Assembly (NCBI RefSeq): GCF_018350175.1
Contig: NC_058369.1
Span: 13,642,001-13,702,000 of the forward strand
Source of the DNA: Felis catus
Lineage: Eukaryota
Length of the DNA: 60,000 nucleotides
Direction: 5' to 3'
Part shown: positions 50,313-60,000 of the stretch, piece after piece
Layout: every line of letters begins with the position of its first letter
Position numbering within the stretch: the stretch's first letter is position 1
Program-made: the position numbers and the translations under genes
Notes under the pieces: generated by a model
Told to the model about the DNA's origin: nothing
Databases searched by the model: none
What the model saw: the letters and a program-made list of their open reading frames with translations, nothing else

Positions 50313-53300
50313 ATCCCAAGCAATCTCCACGTCCAGTGTGAGCCTGACATGGGACTTGATTCCATGACCCAGGGATCATGACCTGAGTCAAAATCAAGAA
50401 CCCAACACTCAGTTGACTGACCCACCGAGGTGCCCCTAAAGATTGTATGTATGTGTGTATGTATTTGTTTATTTTAAATGTTTTTTTTTTTTTTTTTTTT
50501 GAGACAGAGAGCAAGTGAGGGAGGGGCAGAGAGAGGGAGACAGAGAATCCCAAACAGGCTCTGAGCCACCAATGTGGAGCCCAATGCGGGGCTCCAACTC
50601 ACAAACCGTGAGGTCATGACTGGAGCCAAAATTCTAGAGTTGGATGCTCAGCAGACTGAGCCACCCAGGCATCCCCTAAAGATTTTTTTTTAAAGTAATC
50701 TCTATACCCAATGTGGGGCTTGAACCTACAACCTCAAGATCAAGAGTCACTCGCTCCATTGACTGAGCCAGACAGGTGCCCCATGCTGAAAAAGTTTTAA
50801 ATATGCCTACCCCTTCAAAATATATATAATATTATAATAATAGGCATTGGGATGACCAATCCCAGTTTTAGATAGAGACTTCCCTGGGATTGGAAAGGAC
50901 AGCATAATGGATGGACGATGGAGGGTATAAAAGGTGTTCAACTCTTTTGGGAATGTTTCTTCCTTTAGCTGGGTAGTGGGTAGGTGGGTGTTTGTTACTT
51001 TACTATTGATACTTTTGTGTAGACCTGAAATATTTTGTAACAAAAAGTAAAACTGAGACGAGAAGGCTTGGCAGTTTCTCAACAAGTTCAACCTAAACTT
51101 ACCACATGACCCAGCAACTGCTCTCCTTGGTATAGACCCAAGGGAACTAAACAGGTGTTCAAACAAAATGCATACATGCGTGTTTATAGCAGCTCTATTC
51201 GCAGTTGCTAAAATATAAATATTATGATTCCACTCATATGAAATGTTCAGAACAGGCAAAATTATAGGGACAGAAAGTAGATGGGTGGTTGTCAGGGGCA
51301 GGGGCGAGGGGGGTGAGGAGTGACTGCTAATGGGGACGGGGTTTCCTTTTGGGGTGATGAAAAAGTTCCGGAACTAGATAGCGATGATGGTTACACAACA
51401 CTGTGAATGAATGAAACCCACTGAATCGCACATTTTTAAATGGTTATGTTTATGTAATGTGTCTTTTACACAATAAAAAAAATTTTTTTTAACAATAAAA
51501 CTGACTTTGCTCAAGAAATGGCCCTTGCCATCGATCGGGTACTTTTTGGGGGTGAATCTACATGCTTACAGATTTGTAAATCGGATCTTGATCCCGAAAA
51601 GCTGCAAATAAACCTCTCCGGGTGAGGAAAACTGCCCTTGACAAGAAAGAAAAAGAATCCAGGATGTGAAGAGCTCACTTGCCCAGGTGACAGAGATGAG
51701 GAGAAGCCAAACCAGGATTTCAAACAGGCTCATCCGCTGAGAACAACCTCCAGGGCCTGGCTGTCACCTCCAGGTTTTCTGTGTGAGAGTCTCTCACTTC
51801 AGGGCCTTTGAATAGGCTGTGTCCCCTGCTAGCGGTTTTTTCTCTACTCCCATCACACCTAGAGTCTTCTTTTTCCGCTTGAAAGGAGGCCCTGGCACAT
51901 GACAGATGCTGAAGCAGTATTTGTGGGATCAATGAGCAAATGAATGAGTAGATGGGTTTCTCTAAAGCACCTCTCGGGGTGCCTGGTGGCTCAGTCGGTT
52001 TGGCTCAGGTCGTAATCTCACAGTTCATGGGTTCGAGTCCTGCATCCAGCTCCGTGCTGACAGCTGGGAGACTGGAACCTGCTTTGGATTCTATGTCTCC
52101 CTCTCTCTCTGCCCCTCCCCCACTCATGCTCGGTCTCTCTCTCTCAAAAATAAATAAACAGTAAAGCACTTCTCATGTGAGCACTGTCAAATGGCAAAAA
52201 CAATACAATTTAGCAACGAGTTTGATGTCCCTTCTTCAAGGGAAAACAATCCACGAATCCATGGGAGACTACATGTCTCATGGGCAGAGTAGCATACCCC
52301 CTGAGGAATGTAGGATTTTACAGAGCTTTAGAAGTGACTCAGAAGCAGGACATGGCTGACTAGGAGGTCAGGGATTTCCTTACAAGGTTAGCAGGTCTTA
52401 TTTTCTAGGGTAAGGTAAGCTAGCTAACGCTGAACGGGAAGATTGTGATTGGTGTATGTTAGGTTTCCTATAAGGACAGGCTGATTTAGGTTTATTTATT
52501 TATTCTTTAATGTTTAATTATTTATTTTGAGAGAGAGAGAGCAAGAGAGTGAGCATGAGTGGGGGAGGAGCAGAGAGAGAGGAGAGAGAGAATCCCAGGC
52601 AGGCTCCGTGCTGTCGGCACAGAGCCCGAGGTAGGGCTTGGACTCACCAAACTCTGAGATCATGACCGGAGCCGAGATCAAGAGTCGGACGCTTAACCGA
52701 CTGAGCCCCCCCAGACGCCCCAAGGTGATTTAGGTTTAGATTTATGATGTGGGCAGGGCCCACACTGGGGTGGCTTCTATTTTGTGGGTCCAGGTATACA
52801 AATTACCCTTATCAGAAGCAAGGAGAAAGACCTGTGGATCCTCATAGCTGTGGCCTGTCCAGGGCTGAGGACATTAGAGGACGAGCCTGGCGCAGAGAGG
52901 CCAAGACACCTGCCTAAGACCACACAGCCAGGAAGTGGCAAAATCTGGATTTGAACTTGAGTCTCCCTTCCCTGAGCATGGGTTTGTCCTACAATGGCCC
53001 GAGTACCACAAGCCCATTATATACCCCAGAATGTGTGTGCATCTTTCCCATCTGAAGGTACCAGAAGATGCCAACCCCTCGCCACCCCCATTCATTGCTG
53101 TGGGTGGCCCTCAGGGACTTTCCCAGACCACGCCTGATCTGATAGCTATCCCTCAGTCCCTGTGAATGTGCCTTGATTTGGAAAAAGGGTCTTTGCAGAT
53201 GTGATTAAGTTAAAGATCTGGAATGAGCCCATTCTGGATTTATAGTGGGACTTAACTCTACAGGTGTCCTTAGAGGGGGAGGAGGAGAGAAGAGAAGGCC

Positions 53301-53979
53301 ATGTAAAGACAGAAGCAGAGATTGGAGCGATGCGGCCACAAGCCAAGTATTGGGGAGGAGGAATTCTCTCTGCCCTTCAAGGTCCCCGTAGCTGGACTAA
53401 GAATCAAATTGACATGAGACATTAACAGGAGAAAGTGAAATGTAATAGCATGCATATGTCTGGGGAATCCACACAGATATGGGAATTCCAAAGACAGTGA
53501 GGCAACGCGATGCTTGCATGAGCTCAGGAGAGGGGTAGGGGTCTGAGGAGAAAAGGGAAGAGAGACCCGTTAGCAGGAGGGTAAGAGGAGGTGTTTATAA
53601 AACAAACACCACCCTGTTATGTAGATACGTTTCTTAGGTAAAGAGGAATTTTGGGAAATAGCTCTCTTCCTAGCACAAGCAGGTAGTTGAGTGGGAGGTA
53701 CAGAGCTTTTCCCAAATCTGCTGGGTTCTGATTGCTTTTAACTCAAAATAGGGTTCATGCTAAAGTGGCTCATCTTGGGGCTGCCTGCCCTTGGCCCCTC
53801 CATGAGGAACATCTGGGGCCACAAACACTGGGAGAGGCCAGGATTTCAAACTTCTGGCCTGCAGAACTGCGAGAGAATAATTTTCTGTTGTTTTAAGCCT
53901 CTCCGTTTGTGATCCTTGATTACAGCAGCCTAGGAAACCAGCATAGTAATAGTGGGGCCTGGTCCTTGAAAAGGTGCTG

Positions 53980-54203
53980 GGGGCGCCTGGGTGGCGCAGT
54001 CGGTTAAGCGTCCGACTTCAGCCAGGTCACGATCTCGCGGTCGGTGAGTTCGAGCCCCGCGTCGGGCTCTGGGCTGATGGCTCAGAGCCTGGAGCCTGTT
54101 TCCGATTCTGTGTCTCCCTCTCTCTCTGCCCCTCCCCCGTTCATGCTCTGTCTCGCTCTGTCCCAAAAATAAATAAATGTTGAAAAAAAAAAAAAAAAAA
54201 AAA
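53980..54203 (+). mobile_element. Very young felid SINEC_Fc-type insertion
   Basis: Near-identical to the copies at 15983 and 21120-21334; pure ~21-nt poly(A); target-site duplication AAAAGGTGCTGG at 53969-53980 and 54200-54211. Confidence 0.92.
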
Positions 54204-54406
54204 GGTGCTGGTCTGCGGGGGGGGGGCACAGGGCCAGAACCAGATACCCTAGTCTTCGGTGGGCAGGATGGCACCCTGAGAGGGAGGCCCCTCAGCCTCA
54301 GGGAAACTGGGGAGAGCATAGAGAGTGCTTAATGGGAGGCAGGACATCAAAGCTGGGGTTGAACAGATACATAGGAGTTTGTCAGAAGGAGACACTGTTT
54401 CCGAGC

Positions 54407-54426
54407 AAACTTGCCCGGGCATGTTT
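54407..54426. promoter_or_regulatory. p53-family response element, perfect consensus
   Basis: AAACTTGCCC GGGCATGTTT = two RRRCWWGYYY half-sites, zero spacer, no mismatch. Confidence 0.75.
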
Positions 54427-57400
54427 CAACCCAACTCCGGCTGAAGTGGAGAGATTGCTGCCCAACCACCTCTACTAACAGAGGTCATTAAATCTAAAAC
54501 ATTGGGATTATAGCTCAGATTAAGGCCCATCTGCTCAGTGCTACCCTTTAAGGGGGTAGTGCTGAGAAAGAAAGCAGTGTTTGGAAGAGATTAGCAATGC
54601 TTCAGAATCTGCTGGGCATCTCAAGGGCTGAGCCAGCATTTAAACCCAGGCTGCCTGGAGGACCCTCTAGATGACACAGGCACCCACTGGCCTGGAAGGA
54701 AGCTCACGTAATAGGATAGCAATTCTCCTTGTCCCGCAAACTCATAGGAAATTTTAAAATAACTTTTTTTTTTTTTTTTGGCCTCTTCCGGACCTCCTGC
54801 CGTGACTGTGTGTGTTTCATGTCATGAGAAACAAATAATAAAAGTGGGTGTGTGTTTTCTTGTGTGTTGCGTGTGTTTGATGAGGGTGGCCATGGCCAAA
54901 AGTAGGTGGTGGCGAGGGAAAATTCTGGGAGGTTTGGGGCCAAGCCAGGCGGCGGAACGGCCTGACCCCTGGCCTTCACGCTGTTTACTTCTACCTTGGA
55001 TTGGCCCCTGGGGACCCATGGAAGCTGCCAGAGAGGAATGCAGGGCCCTGGCCCACTGAGCTCATTGATGGCTGCCTGCCTACCTCCCGCCCCACCGCCC
55101 CTCCCAGCTTGGCCATGGGGCTGGCCATGAGGTCATCAGCTAACGATTTTCTGAAGGGGAGCCAGAGTGGCCCGGATGCCTTCATTCCAGAGTTTGGTGA
55201 ACTGGAAACACCATGGAGCTAATGTTCCCCTTCGCTGCCCCTGGGCATCCCCCAGGCCCTCGGTGGTGCTATGTCCCCTTGGGAAGTTCCAGGAATAAAC
55301 TAATTAGTGGTTCTGCTTGTAAAGTGATAAGATGCCCACTCACGAGCCAGCAGCTCCACTCCCTTCTGGAGTGGGCTACTAAGCAGCCAGGAAAAGGGAT
55401 GAACTAGATAAAGAACAAGTCTTTGTCTTCTGACAGATGAAGAACAAGTGATGTTGGGTGAAAGATGCCAGACAGAAGAGACAATGCTGGTTCCGTTATA
55501 TCAGGTTGGAAAAGAGGCAAACTCAGTCATCGTAACAGAAGTGGGCATCGTGGTCATCCAGGGTGTTCCTGGGGCTGGGAATGTTCTGGAACCTCATCTG
55601 GGAAGTCGCCCCGCGGGCCTACTGTATGGGAAGTGTCACTGAGCTGAACACTAAGATGACTTCTTTTCCGCTTCATGTTAGTCGTATCTCAATAAAAGTT
55701 TAAAAAGAAAACGGCCGAGGCTGTGGAAAATATTCCGGGCACTCCTCAAAAAGTTAACACACAGAATAACGATGTGACCCAGCAGTTCCACTTCTGGGCA
55801 TAGCCCCACGAGAACTGAAAACAGGTCCTCAAGGGGTGCCTGGGTGGCTCAGTCGGTTAAGCATCCAACTCTTGGTTTCAGCTCAGGTCATGATCTCACG
55901 GTTTGTGGGTTCGAGCCCCACGTTGGGTTCTGCACGGTCAGTGAGGAGCCTGTTTGGGATCCTCTCTCTCTCCTTCTCTTTCTGCCCCTCCCCGGCTTGT
56001 GTGCTCTCTCCCAAAATAAATAAATAAACTTAAAAAAAGAAAGAAAGAAAGAAGGAAAGAAAACAGGTCCTTGAATCCTTGTATATCCTTGTAGGGCTGT
56101 GCACAGCAGCCCTATTCAAAGCTGCCGAAAGGTGAAAACAATCCCAGTGACCATGAATGGGTGAGTAGATGAACAAAACGTGGTCCATCCATACAACAGA
56201 AGATCACTCAGCTATAAGAGGGAATGAAGGACACACACTGCGCCATGGATAAGCCTGGAAAACAGCACGCTGAGGAAAGAAGCCAAACACCAAAGACCAT
56301 CTGTTGTATGATTTCACCTATATATGTGATATTGTCACTTATAATAAGAAATATGTGTTTGGTCTTTGACCCTTGGAATTCCTGTGACGAGGGCTATAAA
56401 CGTGTCTTTTTTTTTTTTAAACGCTCCATGCCCAATGTAGGGCTTGAACTCATGACCCTGAGATTCAGAGTCACATGCTCTACCGACTGAGCCAGCCAGG
56501 TGCCTCAAGAGCTATACGCGTGCCTTTTAGAAGGCACCTGACCGTGTGATTAGAGAGTTCAGCTTTCAGTCCCATCCACACTGACCTCAGGGGTGGGGAG
56601 AGGGGCTGGAAGTTGTTGAGTCAGCCCCCAACTGCCGATGATTTGATCAACCATGCCTACGTCATGAAGTCTCCATAACAACCCAAAGGGCAGGGTTCCC
56701 TGGAGGGCTTCCGGGTTGATCAACATAGAGATTTAGGGAGACGGCACCCCTTCCCACCTAACGCATCTCTCCATTTGGCTGTTGATTTGTATTCTTTTAT
56801 ATCCTCCATAGTAAATCAGTAATCTAGTGAGTAAATGGGTTTCCCGAGTTCTGTGAGCTGCTCTAGCGAAGGAGATGAACCCAAGGAGGGGGTCTTGGGA
56901 GCCTGTGATTTATAGCCAGTCTAGAAGGACCACGATTAACAACCTTGCTAGGGGCATCTGAAGTGGAGGACTGAACCCTTAATCTGTGGGATCTCCCACA
57001 GGGAGGTAGTGTCAGAATTAAGTTGACCTGTAGGACATCCACCTGTGTTGGAGAATTGTCCGCGTGTGGAACCCTACCCGCCCTGCCCCATCACATTGGA
57101 CATTGGGTGCAGTATATACTTAATATGAATCGTCCAGAACAGGCAGATCCATGGAGACAGAAAGCTGATTGGTGGTTGCCAGGGGCTGGGGGAGGGGCAT
57201 GGGGAGCGACCGACTGCTCATGGGGACGAGGTCTCTTTTTGTGGTGATGGAAATGTTCTGGAACCGACCGAGGTGATGGTGGCATAAATGCTATGTCATT
57301 CAATTGTTCGCTTGGAAATGTTGAGCTGTTAATTTTCCGTGGAGCCTCATACGGCCTCCCAGGAGAGCTAGGTGGTGAGTGGAGATGTCTTCAAAGAAAT

Positions 57401-57600
57401 CTTCCCAGGCCTCCAACCTCTGTGCCCCTGGGGACGCAGGCATTGTAACAAGACACAGGGAAGTCTTACCTGGCCGGTGGGGACATGTGCAAAATCCCAT
57501 GGTAGGATGGCTCCCTATTACTCTATCTACCTTACTTGCCCCCGGGGCCCTGGATTTCTTTTTCTTTTCTTTTTTTTTTTTTTAATGTTTATTTATTTTT

Positions 57601-57639
<39 letters not shown>

Positions 57640-57846
57640 CATGAGTGGGGGAGGGGCAGAGAGAGAGGGAGACACAGAATCCGAAGCAGGCTCCAGGCTC
57701 TGAGCTGTCAGCACAGAGCCCGACGCGAGGCTTGAACTCACGGAACACGAGATCATGACCTGAGCTGAAGTCAGACGCTCAACCGACTGAGCCCCTCTTT
57801 TTTTTTTTTTTTAAGTTTACTTACCTATTTTGAAGGGGAGGGGAGG

Positions 57847-57890
<44 letters not shown>

Positions 57891-58889
57891 GAGAGAGAAT
57901 CCCAAGCAGGCTCCCTGCCATCAGCACCAAGCCTGATGTGGGGCTTGAACTCACAAACTGTGAGACCATGACCTGAGCTAAAATCACGAGTCAGACACTT
58001 AACCAACTGAGCCACCTAGGCACCCCGACCCTGGTTTCCTTAATCTTAGAAAGCAAATGGGTCTGAATGGAAAGAGGCTGGGTCCAACCTCCTGCCCAGC
58101 TGCAATCAGGCTGGAAATGACGGTGGCAGGAGCAAGTTTAAGCACCTCCTGCTGGCTGGGGACATCACCCAGGACACTTTGGGCCCCTCCCAAAGCCGGG
58201 CAGTAATCCCAAGGCACAGAAGCTGAGACAGACTCAGGGGAAACCCAGTCTCCCCAGTGGGTGCATGCTGGGCGTTGGGGGAAGCCTGGCCCTGCTCCCC
58301 CAGCAGGGACTGGCTTTGTGATCCCCAGCAAGCCCTTGTACCTTTGCTGCACACACTGTCACACTTCACACATCCCCACGGTCGGCCTCACACAGCTGCC
58401 CATCTTCTCTGTGGCCAAGGAACAGGCACAGGGGCCAGTGCCTGGGGCCAGGGGTCCTCAGCAGTGGAGAAAGGTCTGAGGGGAAGGCCTGGGTCCTCCT
58501 GGGGCACCCCTTGCCCTCTACCATCTGGTGGCTGGACCTGACACCAGCCCTAAACCCCAGCACTCCAATTCCCTGCCCCCTCCACTCTGGGCCCAGCCAA
58601 GGGCCTGGGCCCCAGAGTAGCTTCATCTCTGTCTAAGTCTTCAAAGGGCCTCCAGTCTGGGGCAGACAGAGCCAAGCACAGATACTCCCAGTGCTGTGAG
58701 GTCAGGTCTGCACTGAAGGAAAGGATGGGGGTTGGGAGCATGCGGCTGAGCCTGGAAACGTAATGGTAGGCAAGGCTTCCTGGAGGAGGAGCTCTTTGGG
58801 TAGGGTTTTGAGGAACGAGCAGGAGTTCCCCCTAAGGATCAGGGACTGCAAAAACACTCAGTCCATCACACGACCTCCTATGGGTCTGG

Positions 58890-59000
58890 CCCTGTCGTTT
58901 ATGCCCCATTTGAACTTCTCTCCAGTGAAAGTCTCAGTTCTTGTTTTCCGGATGAAGAAACAGACGTGGGATGAAGGGGAATGACTTGCCTAAGGCTGTA
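58890..59000 (-). mobile_element. MIR fragment
   Basis: ttttccggatgaagaaacagacg...aatgacttgcctaagg resembles the antisense MIR core; other MIRs at ~9270-9480(+), 10250-10370, 20850-20990, 24240-24420, 36340-36660 and 59395-59490. Confidence 0.6.
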
Positions 59001-59200
59001 CCTTCTGGCTCCTTCTGGCCCTTTCTCCTCTGCTTCCTTTGGTTTTCAACATCTGGAGCCTTTGACCGGGCCCTCTGAGATGCGATCCAGTCTGGATGTC
59101 CCCAGACTCCAGAAGTTGCAGAAACCTTTCAAAGACACCCTGACCATGCTGCCGTTGAACAAGAACTTGGAAGACTCAAACGCCAACCAGATCCTAAAGT
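58981..59200 (+). pseudogene. Diverged GDF15-like exon 1 (prodomain N-terminal part); paralog or pseudogene, exon 2 not in the window
   Basis: QHLEPLTGPSEMRSSLDVPRLQKLQKPFKDTLTMLPLNKNLEDSNANQILK aligns by eye to recalled GDF15 exon 1 (human FPGPSELHSEDSRFRELRKRYEDLLTRLRANQSWEDSNTD...RILTPE); ends at phase-1 donor AAG T|gtgagt (59201); syntenic position downstream of PGPEP1. Confidence 0.75.
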
Positions 59201-60000
59201 GTGAGTGAAATCTCAGAGACCCTTTGGGGCAGTCCCCACATCTAACCAGTGGTTCCGTGTCCTAGAGACCCACTGCTGAACCTCAGTTACTCCCCATCTG
59301 TGAACTGGGCAGGAGTAGCCCATCTCCCCTCATGACTGAAGAAGGAGCCAGCAGCCTCATCTGCCCAGCCACACAGGGTGGGGCTCGGTCAGCATGGGAT
59401 TATTATAACCCCGCCCTGATCACAGATGGAGAAACTGAGGCCCAGAGGGGTCAGCAACTCTCCTGAAAGTGCACAGGGCCTGCAGAACCCAGAGGCAGGT
59501 GCCAGGAGGGCATCGTTCTTACCGTTGGTGGGGGTCAGGGGGGAGATATGTGCAGGGGGGAGGGGAAGGTAGCCAGAACCTGCTTAGGTTGGTTCCAGAT
59601 TTGAGGCAATCGAGGGCCAAACACTGCTAAAGTTGCCAGCAGAAGGTGCCCTCAAGAACTGGGCTATATGATCCTCTGGAAGGAGTTTGGTGGGGGAAGG
59701 TGTCAGGATCCAGAGAGTGCTCTGAACCCTCCCTGGTCTTGCCTGTGCTGTATATTTTCCAAGTAAACTTGGGTCCTCTCTGAACCTAGTAAGTAGGTTG
59801 AGGGCCCTAGAATCTCAGCCCCACTCCACAGTTGTCCCCAAGACCTGGACCAGCTTGGGGGGCTGTGTGTCTGAGGATCCTAAGGGTCCAAGGAATCCGG
59901 AAGTTAGGCACCCTGTGTGGTCTGGTACCCTTCATTGCTCAGACATGGAAACCAAGATCCAGAGAGTTGAAAACACAGTAGCTGGTTGTTATAGCCCCAG
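59201..60000 (+). other. Putative intron following the GDF15-like exon
   Basis: Begins gtgagtgaaatctcagagaccc...gcagtccccacatctaaccagtggttcc, resembling my recollection of the start of the human GDF15 intron; no exon-2-like sequence before the window end. Confidence 0.55.

Larger units (their letters stand above)
1115..58026. mobile_element. Roughly 45 carnivore tRNA-derived SINEs (CanSINE/SINEC, many of feliform type) in both orientations
   Basis: Recurrent ggggcgcctgggtggctcagtcggttaagcgtccgact...gagttcgagccccg...(CT)n-A-tail units, e.g. 3513-3722+, 5510-5745-, 15786-16270+, 17255-17708-, 21093-21550-, 25805-26044-, 26898-27127+, 36780-37000-, 50005-50783, 57560-58026-; manual count. Confidence 0.95.

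Noticed and set aside
55001..55222. ORF with LKGSQSGPDAFIPE, faintly like GDF15 LRANQSWEDS; possible upstream exon
   Set aside because: Similarity is too short, there is no signal peptide, and the donor is weak (ttg|gtgaac)
1090..58015. Many 60-120 aa ORFs with recurring WVAQSVKRPTSAQVMIS / ERERER / LSLSLS motifs
   Set aside because: They are translations of SINE bodies and (CT)n tails, not a gene family
59201..60000. Search for GDF15 exon 2 or an intronic miRNA hairpin
   Set aside because: No RXXR or cystine-knot coding sequence and no convincing hairpin seen before the window end

Overview
Mammalian DNA, almost certainly from a felid: it is densely populated by feliform-type CanSINEs (SINEC_Fc-like). 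The window holds the complete five-exon PGPEP1 gene (pyroglutamyl-peptidase I) on the + strand. Its CDS is 7990-8023, 10005-10057, 24680-24796, 27793-28025 and 31728-31920 (630 nt, 209 aa), with all GT-AG junctions in phase and the Glu85/Cys149/His168 triad intact. It has a CpG-island promoter and a ~4.3 kb 3'UTR ending near AATAAA 36201. Downstream, where GDF15 follows PGPEP1 in human, there is a consensus CTCF site, a motif-dense enhancer-like patch, two p53 response elements (one a perfect 20/20 match) and ~9 kb of nested L1/LTR/SINE debris. The most notable feature is at ~59.0-59.2 kb: a strongly diverged but stop-free GDF15 exon-1-like segment with the phase-1 GT donor expected for GDF15. 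It lacks a normal GDF15 promoter and signal peptide, and its in-frame ATG lies in a MIR. This looks like a GDF15 tandem paralog or pseudogene whose exon 2 would lie beyond the window. Homology and repeat-family calls come from recalled sequences, not database searches, and repeat boundaries are approximate.
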